A stretch of DNA of 52,583 nucleotides from Aquiluna sp. (GTDB taxonomy: Bacteria; Actinomycetota; Actinomycetes; Actinomycetales; Microbacteriaceae): NCBI GenBank assembly GCA_049457355.1, contig JBMUBK010000001.1, positions 1 through 52,583 on the forward strand, in the 5' to 3' direction. How positions within the stretch are numbered: the stretch's first letter is position 1; each line of letters starts with the position of its first letter. Shown here one piece after another: positions 10,348 through 20,015 of the stretch. The notes below the pieces were generated by a model that saw only the letters and a program-made list of their open reading frames with translations, did not search any database and was not told the DNA's origin. Both the position numbers and the translations under genes were made by a program.

Positions 10348-10895
10348 AGCTCTGGTTTCGAATTCTGCATGTCTGGCTCACCTGGCGCAGCAGGCCAAAG
10401 CTCACCATTGATGAGGTCTCGCGGATAACCCTTAGGGTTTGGCCAACCGACCTTGATGTCTATAACCACATGAACAATGGCGTCTTCCTGACACTCATGG
10501 ACATTGGTCGTTATGACCAGGGCCTCAGAACTGGAATTTGGCAGGAGTGGAACAGGCGGGGATGGTTCCCGATTGTGGTGAATTCGACTATTAGCTATCG
10601 CAAGGCTCTTTTGCCTTGGCAGAAGTTCACCATCGAGACCAAGGTTCTGGGCTGGGATGAAATCGCGTATTACATCGAGCAGCGGTTTGTTCGCGATGGC
10701 GAAATCTACGCTCGTGCAATTATGCGCGGAAGGTTCCTAAAGCGATCATGGGGAACCCTCACCCCACAGGAGGTCATGGAGGGTTCTGGCGGCTGGCCAG
10801 GCAAGCAGCCTGAGGTTCCTAAGTGGGTGAAAGACTGGGCTGCTTCGGTTCAGCTCCCCAAGGGCAAGGAACCGGCCCCAAGCACCTGGGACTAG
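10344..10895 (+). CDS. Acyl-CoA thioesterase (hot-dog fold)
   Basis: DLDVYNHMNNG motif; GTGA overlap with pepO. Confidence 0.88.
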   Translation: MKLWFRILHVWLTWRSRPKLTIDEVSRITLRVWPTDLDVYNHMNNGVFLTLMDIGRYDQGLRTGIWQEWNRRGWFPIVVNSTISYRKALLPWQKFTIETKVLGWDEIAYYIEQRFVRDGEIYARAIMRGRFLKRSWGTLTPQEVMEGSGGWPGKQPEVPKWVKDWAASVQLPKGKEPAPSTWD

Positions 10896-11221
10896 TCCTT
10901 TTTATACCAGCGGCAAGCTGCAATGGCGTCCTCGATGGGGTTTAGCAGCAAGTCCTGAGTTTCCGGGTGCTTCTCCATATACCTAACGGTGTAGGAGCAG
11001 ACCGGGACTACCTTGTGAGTGCCCTTGGTCCGAATGTCGGCAAGAGACTCCCTGAGCAAAATTGCGGCCAGATTCTTACCCTGGTGGGCGGGGTCTACTT
11101 CGGTGTGGACCAGGTGTATCTCTCCGGGGGCAAGGCTGTAGTCCATGAGGCCAACGCGATCCTCGCCTAGGAAGATCTCGTAGCGCTTATTTTCCTCCGC
11201 GTGAACGACTTTTGGCTCCAT
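10892..11221 (-). CDS. Small GNAT acetyltransferase (YjdJ-like)
   Basis: HTEVDPAHQGKNLA and VVPVCSY motifs. Start at ATG 11221 with AGAGG upstream. Confidence 0.88.
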   Translation of the reverse strand: MEPKVVHAEENKRYEIFLGEDRVGLMDYSLAPGEIHLVHTEVDPAHQGKNLAAILLRESLADIRTKGTHKVVPVCSYTVRYMEKHPETQDLLLNPIEDAIAACRWYKKD

Positions 11222-11238
11222 GCTGTTAACCTCTTTGC

Positions 11239-12078
11239 GTGAGTGGTAATCAGGTCTATCTATCAGACAACCTACCCGTTCTGCGCAGCCTTCCCGAAGC
11301 CTCTGTCCAGCTGATCTACATTGATCCGCCATTTAATACCGGACGCGAGCAAGAGCGAACGACTCGAACCTCAAGGCAGTCACTAAGTGGCTCCGTTGGC
11401 TTCGCCGGAAAGAGATATGAGCAGATAGCACAGAGTGCCCTGAGTTACGACGACAGCTTTGCTGACTACTGGGAGTTTCTTGAGCCAAGGCTCGTGGAGG
11501 CAAAGCGGCTGTTGACCCCAAGCGGGACTCTTTACCTGCATCTGGACTATCGCGAGGCCCACTACGCGAAGGTGTTACTGGACGGGCTGTTTGGCAGGGA
11601 CTGCTTCCTAAATGAAATCATCTGGGCCTATGACTATGGGGGTAAATCAAAGTCTCGCTGGCCATCAAAGCACGACACGATTTTGGTCTATGTCAAAGAC
11701 CCAAAGAACTACTACTTTGACTCAAAGACGGTGGACCGGGAGCCATATATGGCCCCTGGGCTTGTGACAAAGGAAAAAGCGGAGCTTGGCAAGCTACCCA
11801 CCGATGTTTGGTGGCACACAATCGTCTCCCCAACCGGCAAGGAGAAGACCGGCTACCCAACTCAAAAGCCCGAGGGGATTCTCCGGAGAATCATCCAGGC
11901 GAGCTCCAAGGAGGGAGACCGAGTCTTAGATTTCTTTGCCGGCAGCGGCACCACCGGAGCCGTCGCTGGAGAGCTGGGGCGAAGGTTTACCCTCATCGAT
12001 AGCTCAAAGGATTCTCTGAGCACAATTACAAAAAGACTTAGCGCTCGCGGTCTGGAGTTTGAGACTCTCGAGAAATAA
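11239..12078 (+). CDS. Orphan amino-DNA methyltransferase (N6A/N4C, beta class)
   Basis: IYIDPPF precedes YPTQKP and LDFFAGSGTT. No adjacent endonuclease. Confidence 0.92.
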   Translation: MSGNQVYLSDNLPVLRSLPEASVQLIYIDPPFNTGREQERTTRTSRQSLSGSVGFAGKRYEQIAQSALSYDDSFADYWEFLEPRLVEAKRLLTPSGTLYLHLDYREAHYAKVLLDGLFGRDCFLNEIIWAYDYGGKSKSRWPSKHDTILVYVKDPKNYYFDSKTVDREPYMAPGLVTKEKAELGKLPTDVWWHTIVSPTGKEKTGYPTQKPEGILRRIIQASSKEGDRVLDFFAGSGTTGAVAGELGRRFTLIDSSKDSLSTITKRLSARGLEFETLEK

Positions 12079-13438
12079 GCAGCACGACTACTAGCGCCAA
12101 TAAGACAAAGAGCATCGCCGCAGTCATCGCCATTCCTAGGTTCTCTTCTCCAGGTCTTGAGGCCAACCTAAAAATAACCAGGGGCAGGGTGGCCTCAGAC
12201 CCGGTTGCCAAGAAACTTGCCGCACCGAATTCACCAAGCGATGCGAGAGAGACGAAAGCAGCAGCTGCTGCAAGGGGCCTTGCCAAAATAGGGCCCTCGA
12301 TGCTGCCAAACACTCGCAGCTTCGTAGCACCGTCCATTTCAGCTGCCTCCAAGATCTCGCGGCTCATACCAAGCCGGGCTGGCCTAATAATCTGATAAGC
12401 AAGCGGAAACAGGAAGATCGACTGCACCAGTGGTACTAGCCACCAGCCACTTAAGTCTCTGGGTAGATAGCCGCTGAGAATTAGAAACCCCAGCCCAAGC
12501 ACTACCGGTGATACGCCAATTGGCAGTACATACAGGAGCGAGGACCTTGCTCTACCGGCTGCAATCCATGCCAGCGGCAAGACAATAAGAGCTGCTACGA
12601 CCATGTTTCTCAGGGAGTTCACACCTGCTTCCAAAACTGTCAGGTTGAGTATCTCCCTTGCACCCTTGGTGCCTAGGCTTGCAAGGTTCTCAAACAGTCC
12701 GCCGTTTAGGTTCAGCGCCCGACCGGCAATGTTCCAGATAATCAAGCCAACTGCGACTACGAACAGCGAGGCCAGCACAGCTCCCAATCTGCTGGGCAGG
12801 CTGGACTGCACCTCACCAAATACAGGGGTTGGTTTTGCACCTGCTCGTTGAGCAAAGAGGAACAGAGTCAGCGTGAGTAAGGTCTGGAGCAGCGCCAAAA
12901 TAAAGGAACGGGTCAGGTCCAAATCCCGCAGCGAAGAGATTGCTATCTCGGTCTCGAGGGTGGCAACTACTCCCTGGCCAAGCGATATCACTAGGCCGTA
13001 ACTGGTAGCGCTATAGAGCGCGATCAGCAAGCCAGCAGCTGCTAGAGAAGACCTTTGCTGAGGTAAAGAGACGCGAAGCCGAATTAGAAAATTGCTCGCA
13101 CCATCTAGGCGTGCGGCTTCCAGCTGCTCGAGCGGCAACTGAGATGAGGCGACGATTCGAGCAACGAAGCCCACATTCATGATCACATGGGCGCAGACAA
13201 TAAGAAGTATTCCCAAATTGGAATCTAAGTCGTCACCCCTCAGAGGCAAGAGAGTTATTCCTATAAGAAATGGTGGCAACAGGAAAGGAAGAACCAAGAG
13301 GGCTCCTAGGAACCCTCTTGATTTAGCTCCCAGCGTCGCTAAGAAATTACCTACTGGATAGCCAAGGATCAAAGAGATCGCAGAGCTCACAACCGCAATG
13401 AATGCGGTTGTGGCCAGCAGCTCGAGGCTAGTTGTCAA
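12038..13438 (-). CDS. thiP: Thiamine ABC transporter permease (ThiP-like, two TM repeats)
   Basis: Two EAA loops (EAARLDGA, EAAEMDGA); lies downstream of thiB and the TPP riboswitch. Confidence 0.85.
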   Translation of the reverse strand: MTTSLELLATTAFIAVVSSAISLILGYPVGNFLATLGAKSRGFLGALLVLPFLLPPFLIGITLLPLRGDDLDSNLGILLIVCAHVIMNVGFVARIVASSQLPLEQLEAARLDGASNFLIRLRVSLPQQRSSLAAAGLLIALYSATSYGLVISLGQGVVATLETEIAISSLRDLDLTRSFILALLQTLLTLTLFLFAQRAGAKPTPVFGEVQSSLPSRLGAVLASLFVVAVGLIIWNIAGRALNLNGGLFENLASLGTKGAREILNLTVLEAGVNSLRNMVVAALIVLPLAWIAAGRARSSLLYVLPIGVSPVVLGLGFLILSGYLPRDLSGWWLVPLVQSIFLFPLAYQIIRPARLGMSREILEAAEMDGATKLRVFGSIEGPILARPLAAAAAFVSLASLGEFGAASFLATGSEATLPLVIFRLASRPGEENLGMAMTAAMLFVLLALVVVLLISRESQTPDRER

Positions 13439-14378
13439 ATACGTCTGACCAATCCTTTAGCCAACGCTCGCGGTTGGCGGCAAAGTCTAAGCCCTCACCT
13501 AGGACACTTGTTGCCGGTTGGGCATGCTCTGCCCAGGCCTCAGGCACCGCAACACCTGCAACAGCGGGGTAGACGTACATCGACTCGGCAACAGATGCCT
13601 GGAAGGCCTCCGATGTCAAGAAGTCGACAAACTGCCTAGCTCCCTCAGGGTTGGGAGAGTTTGTGAGTACAGCCGCATACTCCGTCTGACGGAAGCATTC
13701 GATTCGCAATGCTGCAGTTTGCGCCTGACCTTCAACCACCTCTGCGGCAGGTGAGCTGGCGTAACTGAGGACAATAGGCCGGTTGCCGCCGTAGCGGGTG
13801 AAGTCGACGAAGTAGGCATCTTCCCAGCTACCTGCAATCTTTACCTTGTTGTCCCTAAGACCACGCCAGTATTCGAAGACCTCAGCATTGGTTTCAAAGC
13901 CCGCGAAGGTGGTGGCTAAAAAGGCGAGGCCTGGCGAGGAGAGTCGTGGGTTCGTGACCACGATGAGGGACTCATACTCCGGCTTTGTCAGTTCGCGCCA
14001 ACTCGCAGGCGGGGCAATCCCCGCCTCTTCGAAGAAAGCGATGTCGTAGTTGAAGCAGACGTCTGAGTAGTCAATTGCCACCCATTCCCCCTGAGCAATG
14101 CCGTTCTCGATGGCAAGTGATTGGAAAGTGTTGTCAATTCCGAAGACGACGTCCGCGATAGGGGCATTCTTGGTTAGTGAGAGCTGGTTCGTGAGCGATC
14201 CGGTGTCGCCGAGCCGGATTATCTCCAGCTCAAAGCCACTTTGTTCTTCAAAGCTTTGGATGAGCTCATCGGAGATTGCGAATGAGTCGTGGGCTGCGAG
14301 CCTTACTGTGTCTGGGGTTTGGGCGCAGCCCGTGAGTGCTAATACTGCTGTCGCTAGCAGTGCGATTTTCTTTTTCAT
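13428..14378 (-). CDS. thiB: Thiamine ABC transporter substrate-binding lipoprotein
   Basis: Lipobox LTGC, and HDSF, DVVFGIDN, SSPGLAF, LSYASSP and CFRQTEY motifs. True start is ATG 14378. Confidence 0.9.
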   Translation of the reverse strand: MKKKIALLATAVLALTGCAQTPDTVRLAAHDSFAISDELIQSFEEQSGFELEIIRLGDTGSLTNQLSLTKNAPIADVVFGIDNTFQSLAIENGIAQGEWVAIDYSDVCFNYDIAFFEEAGIAPPASWRELTKPEYESLIVVTNPRLSSPGLAFLATTFAGFETNAEVFEYWRGLRDNKVKIAGSWEDAYFVDFTRYGGNRPIVLSYASSPAAEVVEGQAQTAALRIECFRQTEYAAVLTNSPNPEGARQFVDFLTSEAFQASVAESMYVYPAVAGVAVPEAWAEHAQPATSVLGEGLDFAANRERWLKDWSDVFDN

Positions 14379-14380
14379 GT

Positions 14381-14501
14381 CGTGCCTTTCGTTTGTAGGC
14401 ACGGGATTGAGGTCTCCCTGCGCTGGCATTACCCAGATCAGGTTTGACGGTCGAAGACTTGCAGTCTTCCTCTCAGCCCGGTGCAACCGGACTCCCGTGA
14501 T
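14381..14501 (-). ncRNA. TPP riboswitch with translational expression platform
   Basis: Minus strand GGGAGTCC...GGGCTGAGAGG...GACCGTCAAACCTGATCTGGGTAATGCCAGCGCAGGGA, upstream of thiB. TATAAT at 14509-14514. Confidence 0.96.
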
Positions 14502-14509
14502 TTATTTGA

Positions 14510-16207
14510 TTATAGGGATTCCGCTTGTCTCTTTAGAGCGGCATCGTCCGCCGCTTCCTCAGATGCACTTTTGTTCCTAAGTGGAATCTCCTTGATAAAC
14601 CAACTAATTACAAATCCAATTCCGATGATGATGCCTGCGGTTAGGAAGACATTGAGTGATGACTCGACAAAACCGATGCGGAACGGGAGAGTAAGTCTTT
14701 CGTCAGCGCCGATCAGGAAGCTCGAGTCGTTGGTGACATCGGCAGCGGCGGAGCCGCCACTCTGAAGGATTCCTAGGATTTCCGAGTTCACGGGATTAGC
14801 CGCAACGGAGGCATCGCCTAGCGCCTCTGAGATGCCACTCGCCACCTCAGGACGGCGGAAGGCATCGACAATCTTCTCGGTGACCTGAGAGAACAACATG
14901 GACATGAAAATGGCGACTCCTAGCGTCCCGCCCATTTGCCTGAAGAAGGTTGCGGTTGATGTTGCGACACCGATGTTCCTTGCCTCCACTGCGTTCTGGG
15001 AGGCGACCATTGTGGTTTGCATCAATTGGCCAAGGCCAAGACCGACCATGATCATTCCGATTGCTACCACCCACAGTGGGGTGTCGGCCTTGAGCATGAG
15101 CACCATATAGAGGTAGCCAAAGAACAAGGTGGCGGTTCCGGTGTTGAAGAAGAAGCGGTACTTGCCCGTCTTGGCCGTGACTCTTCCAGCGGTGATAGTG
15201 GCGGTCATCATTCCCAGCACCATCGGAAGCATCATGAGACCCGTGAGCGTTGGGCTAACTCCGTAAACCACCTGAATGATTAGCGGGATGATGATCATCC
15301 CGCCAAACATGCCCATGCCGATTATGAACCCCAAGACCTGGGTCCTGGCAAAGGTCTTGTTTTTGAAGATATGCAGTGGGATAAGCGCAGATTCCCCCAT
15401 TTTCCTCTCGATGAGGATGAAGGAGATGATGCCCGTAACTCCTGCCACGTACATCGCAATTGCCAGTGGTGAGTCCCAGCCCCACTCCCTGCCTTGTTCC
15501 GCTACCAGCAGCAGTGGGACTGTGGCAAGGATGATTGCTGCCGCACCCCACCAGTCAATCTTCTGTTTCCTTGGAGTGTGTGGGACGTGAAGGAAGGTAA
15601 TGACCATGAACAGGGATGCCGCACCAATCGGAAGGTTCATCAAGAAGATCCAACGCCAGCCTTCTACGAACAGAAATTCATCGATACCAGCAAGGGTTCC
15701 TCCGATTACCGGCCCCAACAGGGACGATGATCCGAAGACCGCTAGGAACATGCCCTGATAGCGAGCGCGCTCCCTCGGTGGCACGATGTCGGCAACGATT
15801 GTCAGGGCTAGAGAGAAAAGTCCACCAGCCCCAATTCCCTGCAACGCTCGATATCCCGCAAGCTCAACCATCGTGTTGGCAAAGCCAGTTGTGAAGGAAC
15901 CCAGGATGAAAATTGCGATGGCGACCATAAAGACTGGCCTGCGGCCAAAGATGTCACCGAGCTTTCCGTAGATGGGGGTGGAGACAGTTGAGGTGATCAG
16001 ATAGGCGGTGGTTGCCCAGGCTTGGAGGGACAAACCGCCAAGGTCATCGGCAATCGTTCTCATAGCCGCGGAGACAACCGATTGGTCAAGCGCGGCCAGG
16101 AACATTCCGGACATTAGGCCAATCAGCACCAGCACGATCTGGCGGTGATTCATCTGTCCGGACTGTGCTGCCAGTTTCGCGGCTTCCCGTCGGGATTTGG
16201 CAGTCAA
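14510..16207 (-). CDS. DHA2 (EmrB/QacA-type) 14-TM MFS efflux transporter
   Basis: LAALDQSVV, GKLGDIFGRR, RALQGIGAG and WRWIFLMNLPIG motifs. Confidence 0.93.
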   Translation of the reverse strand: MTAKSRREAAKLAAQSGQMNHRQIVLVLIGLMSGMFLAALDQSVVSAAMRTIADDLGGLSLQAWATTAYLITSTVSTPIYGKLGDIFGRRPVFMVAIAIFILGSFTTGFANTMVELAGYRALQGIGAGGLFSLALTIVADIVPPRERARYQGMFLAVFGSSSLLGPVIGGTLAGIDEFLFVEGWRWIFLMNLPIGAASLFMVITFLHVPHTPRKQKIDWWGAAAIILATVPLLLVAEQGREWGWDSPLAIAMYVAGVTGIISFILIERKMGESALIPLHIFKNKTFARTQVLGFIIGMGMFGGMIIIPLIIQVVYGVSPTLTGLMMLPMVLGMMTATITAGRVTAKTGKYRFFFNTGTATLFFGYLYMVLMLKADTPLWVVAIGMIMVGLGLGQLMQTTMVASQNAVEARNIGVATSTATFFRQMGGTLGVAIFMSMLFSQVTEKIVDAFRRPEVASGISEALGDASVAANPVNSEILGILQSGGSAAADVTNDSSFLIGADERLTLPFRIGFVESSLNVFLTAGIIIGIGFVISWFIKEIPLRNKSASEEAADDAALKRQAESL

Positions 16208-16234
16208 AAGAACTCCAAGAAATAGGGTTTAGGT

Positions 16235-17065
16235 GTGCCCAATCCTACTCCCGTGCGTCGCAGGGCCAGCTTTGTCTTTCTGCCACCTGTCGTTGCCGCA
16301 ACGGCAGGAATATCCCTGTTGGTCCAGGGGGCCTTTGGGCAGCCTAACTTTGAACTTCTAGAAGAGCGGGCAGAGCAGCGGGAGCTTGCCGGCTGGGTTG
16401 TGCCAACCCTTGAACTAACTGACTACCTCTACCCAAGGCTTGCCACCGGTTTTGCCGGAAGCGAGTGGGTTGTGGTGAACAAACTGCGCCCACTCTCACC
16501 CCTGGACTTTGAGCCACAGGTTCGAAAGATAAGTTCCTCAGAATCACTTGATAACTCAAGGGGGCTGGAGCTTCGCGATGTTGCCGCCACCGCACTTGAG
16601 GCGATGGCCAAGGAGATGCTATTTCAGGGCGCAGGCCAAATGTTTGTGAACTCGGCCTACAGGTCATATGACTATCAGCTCGAATTGTTTGTCGACAAGG
16701 TCGAACAATACGGGGAGGCCGAGGCTCTGGTTCGAAGTGCGAAGGCTGGCCATTCTGAACACCAGACCGGGCTTGCGGTAGATGTCTCAGTTCCGGCTCA
16801 AGGCTGTGCGATCATGCAGTGCTTTGGAGACACCGAGGCCGGCAAGTGGATCGCCGAAAACTCTTGGAAGTTTGGCTACATCGTCAGGTACGAACGCGAT
16901 ACGACATCTATCACTGGCTATACCTATGAACCCTGGCACCTGAGATATGTGGGAATGGAGATTGCAAGAATGTATGCCAATAATGGAATACATACTCTCG
17001 AGGACTTCTGGGGTTTTCCCGCAGCAGAGAACTACCCAGAGATTGCTGAGTCGACAATCGACTGA
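16235..17065 (+). CDS. M15B D-Ala-D-Ala carboxypeptidase (VanY-like)
   Basis: SAYRS, SEHQTGLAVD and EPWHLRYVG motifs. Confidence 0.92.
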   Translation: MPNPTPVRRRASFVFLPPVVAATAGISLLVQGAFGQPNFELLEERAEQRELAGWVVPTLELTDYLYPRLATGFAGSEWVVVNKLRPLSPLDFEPQVRKISSSESLDNSRGLELRDVAATALEAMAKEMLFQGAGQMFVNSAYRSYDYQLELFVDKVEQYGEAEALVRSAKAGHSEHQTGLAVDVSVPAQGCAIMQCFGDTEAGKWIAENSWKFGYIVRYERDTTSITGYTYEPWHLRYVGMEIARMYANNGIHTLEDFWGFPAAENYPEIAESTID

Positions 17066-18654
17066 GCCTGCTCAAGAACCTGCTCCAGGTGCTCGGAGCC
17101 TTTGAAGGACTCGGCATAAATTTTGTAGACGTTCTCTGTTCCAGAGGGCCTTGCTGCAAACCAGGACTTCTCGGTCGAAACCTTGACTCCACCCAGTGCA
17201 CCACCTGAGCTTGCCTTGGTCTCGATGTTTGTGATGGCGTCACCGGCAAGCTCAGAAGCTGCAACATCTTTCTCCGAAAGCTTCGCTAGTTTTGCCTTTT
17301 TCTCAAGATCTGCTGGGGCGTCCACGCGCTTGTAGTGGGGTTCGCCGTGGCGCTTGGTGAGTTCTGCGTAGCGCTCTGAAGGGCTAAGTCCAGTGACGGC
17401 TTCCATCTCAGCTGCGAGCAGACACATGATCAACCCGTCTTTGTCCGTGGACCAGGGTTGGCCATCTTTTCTGAGGAAGGAGGCTCCGGCACTCTCCTCG
17501 CCTCCGAAGGCAACTTCGCCCGAGACAAGTCCTGGAACAAACCACTTGAAGCCAACTGGAACTTCGATCAGCTTTCGTCCAAGGTCCTCTGCTACCAGAT
17601 TGATCATTGAGGAGGACACCATCGTCTTGCCGATGCCAGAGTGCTCGTCCCAGCCATCTCTGCGGTGAAAGAGGTATTCGATGGAGACGCTTAGGAAGTG
17701 GTTAGGGTTCATCAGCCCAGAGTCGGCGGTGACAATGCCGTGCCTATCGGCGTCCGCGTCGTTGCCTGTGGATATGTCGTAGTCGTGCCTCGATTCAATC
17801 AGGGAGGACATTGCATACTCGGAGGAGCAGTCCATTCGGATTTTGCCGTCCCAGTCAAGGCTCATAAAACCAAATTGAGGGTCCACCTTGTCGTTCACGA
17901 CTACTAGGTCAAGGCCGAAGTGATCCGCGATTTCTCCCCAGTACTCTGCCGATGCTCCACCCATTGGGTCGGCACCGATTCGAACTGAAGCCTCGCGAAT
18001 CGGGTCAAGGTTCAATACCTGTTCCAGCTGTCCTATGTAGTTGGCTCGGTAGTCAAAGCCTGTGGCGTTTGGTTTTGATCTCTTGACCCCCTTAAGACCT
18101 GCGGCGATTAGCTCATTTGCTCTGGTTGCGATCCAAGAGGTTGCGTCTGTGTCGCTGGGTCCGCCGTGGGGCGGGTTGTATTTGATTCCGCCGTCTTGCG
18201 GAGGGTTGTGGCTGGGGGTAATGATGATGCCGTCTGCTTGAGCGTTACTGCTCCTTGGCAGCTGCATGTTGTGATCGATGATTGCGACGGAGACCGCAGG
18301 TGTTGGGGTGAAATTGCCGGTGGCAATGAATGCGGGAACCTTGTTGCCCGCTAATACCTCGAGCACCGACTGCTCGGCGGGAGCGCTCAACGCATGGGAG
18401 TCCTTACCCACATAGATAGGGCCCCGAATGTCTTGGGTTACGCGGTAGTCGACGATGGCTTGAGTGATAGCGAGGATGTGCCATTCATTGAATGAGGCGC
18501 TTAGGGCGCTGCCGCGGTGGCCACTGGTTCCAAAGGCAACTCTCTGCTCGGCTGCTGCGAGATCTGGGATCAGCTCAAAATAGCTCTGCTCCAGCTTGGC
18601 TAGGTCTACTAGGTCCTCGGCGCTCGCAAGCTGACCTGCTCTTTGGTGAACCAC
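17032..18654 (-). CDS. pgm: Phosphoglucomutase
   Basis: FGTSGHRG, TPSHNPP, DADADRH and GEESAG motifs. Confidence 0.97.
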   Translation of the reverse strand: MVHQRAGQLASAEDLVDLAKLEQSYFELIPDLAAAEQRVAFGTSGHRGSALSASFNEWHILAITQAIVDYRVTQDIRGPIYVGKDSHALSAPAEQSVLEVLAGNKVPAFIATGNFTPTPAVSVAIIDHNMQLPRSSNAQADGIIITPSHNPPQDGGIKYNPPHGGPSDTDATSWIATRANELIAAGLKGVKRSKPNATGFDYRANYIGQLEQVLNLDPIREASVRIGADPMGGASAEYWGEIADHFGLDLVVVNDKVDPQFGFMSLDWDGKIRMDCSSEYAMSSLIESRHDYDISTGNDADADRHGIVTADSGLMNPNHFLSVSIEYLFHRRDGWDEHSGIGKTMVSSSMINLVAEDLGRKLIEVPVGFKWFVPGLVSGEVAFGGEESAGASFLRKDGQPWSTDKDGLIMCLLAAEMEAVTGLSPSERYAELTKRHGEPHYKRVDAPADLEKKAKLAKLSEKDVAASELAGDAITNIETKASSGGALGGVKVSTEKSWFAARPSGTENVYKIYAESFKGSEHLEQVLEQAQSIVDSAISG

Positions 18655-19049
18655 TAGGCCTCCGGATTACGCTGCAGCAGAAAAACTGTGTAGGCGGCAG
18701 AGAATCCAAACCCAACAAGCGCGTAGAGAATCACAAACCAGTTCACTCCGGTGGGGACAAGCAGGGTCAGCACCCCAAGTCCAAAGGCGCTGAGCTGCAT
18801 GACCCTGGCTGCCCAAAGCACACCATTGTCACTGCCTGCAATCGACACTACGAACATGTTTCCGGTCAGCGCTACCAACGTGATGCCAATCATCTGCATT
18901 GACCAGTCGAGTTCTCCGCTTCCTGAAAGCCCCAAAAGGTCCGTGAAGATTCTGGGCACAGCGAATAGTGCTGCGGCACTTAGTGCGAAGACCAGAGCGC
19001 CAAGCCTGAGGACCCCGCGAAGCCTTACGACATTGCCTCTTTTATGCAT
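18654..19049 (-). CDS. Hypothetical four-helix membrane protein
   Basis: Four hydrophobic segments; TACGAT -10 box 6 nt before ATG; abuts pgm. Confidence 0.8.
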   Translation of the reverse strand: MHKRGNVVRLRGVLRLGALVFALSAAALFAVPRIFTDLLGLSGSGELDWSMQMIGITLVALTGNMFVVSIAGSDNGVLWAARVMQLSAFGLGVLTLLVPTGVNWFVILYALVGFGFSAAYTVFLLQRNPEA

Positions 19050-19100
19050 GAAAGCATCGTATTGCCATCTTTGAATTAGTGCCTGCCCTAATCTTGTTCC

Positions 19101-20015
19101 ATGGCTCCGCTCAAGATCGCATACCTTGGCCCTGCCGGCACTTTCACCGAGATGGCTGCCGGTCAGGTGGCAAGCGGTGCCGAGCTATTGCCAGTCGCCT
19201 CTGTAACGGCAGCCATTGATGCCGTTTTGGAGGGCAGAGCAGACCGCGCGGTCGTGCCGATTGAGAACTCGATAGAGGGCGGCGTCTCGGCAACTTCCGA
19301 TGCGCTAGCGGTGATTGGCGGCGTGCAGATTTATGGCGAGTACTTGGTGCCGGTTCGCTTTGACCTCATGGCAAAACCGGGTACCACTTTGGAGTCAATC
19401 TCTGCGGTTCTCACCCATCCGGTTGCCTATGCGCAAAGCAGAAAGTGGCTTGAGGCCAAGCTGTCTGCCCACACCCACATCCCCGCAGCCTCAACGGCAG
19501 CGGCTGCGAAGGCGATGGCGGATGGAGCAGACTGCGATGCAGTGATTGCCGCAACCGGTGCTGCCGAGATCTATGGCCTCGAGATTCTGGCCAGCGACAT
19601 TGGTGAGAACAAAGAGGCTCAGACAAGGTTCATCGAGATTGGGCGCAGTGGCAAGCCTCAGCCAAAAACGGGTCACGACAAGACCAGCGTGATTGTCGAG
19701 CTTCCAGATGACAGGCCTGGTGGGCTTTTGGAGATGCTTGAGCAGTTCGCCGCTCGAGGGGTCAACCTAAGCCGCATTGAGTCCAGACCGATAGGTGATC
19801 GCTTTGGTCGTTATCGGTTTAACATCGACGCCGAGGGGCACCTCGATGACGAGGCGATCGCTGAGGCTTTGATGGGCCTACACAGGTTCTCGCCAAAGCT
19901 AATCTTCCTTGGCTCTTACCCCAGGGCTGACAAGACCGAATCAAACCATCAGGGCAACAACGCAGATGGCGCCTATCAGTCTGCTAAGAAGTGGCTGGAC
20001 GATCTTCGTAGCTAG
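19101..20015 (+). CDS. pheA: Prephenate dehydratase
   Basis: AYLGPAGTF, PIENSIEG and TRF motifs, and an ACT domain with NLSRIESRP. Confidence 0.96.
   Translation: MAPLKIAYLGPAGTFTEMAAGQVASGAELLPVASVTAAIDAVLEGRADRAVVPIENSIEGGVSATSDALAVIGGVQIYGEYLVPVRFDLMAKPGTTLESISAVLTHPVAYAQSRKWLEAKLSAHTHIPAASTAAAAKAMADGADCDAVIAATGAAEIYGLEILASDIGENKEAQTRFIEIGRSGKPQPKTGHDKTSVIVELPDDRPGGLLEMLEQFAARGVNLSRIESRPIGDRFGRYRFNIDAEGHLDDEAIAEALMGLHRFSPKLIFLGSYPRADKTESNHQGNNADGAYQSAKKWLDDLRS

Noticed and set aside
10892-11332. 146-aa version of the GNAT ORF
   Set aside because: It would overlap the divergent methyltransferase. The ATG at 11221 has an RBS and gives the typical family length.
14379-14486. N-terminal extension of thiB in the ORF track
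   Set aside because: This stretch is the TPP riboswitch; the signal peptide begins at 14378.
16235-17065. Vancomycin-resistance locus (VanY-like gene beside an efflux pump)
   Set aside because: No vanHAX or vanRS genes; M15B carboxypeptidases are routine cell-wall enzymes in Microbacteriaceae.
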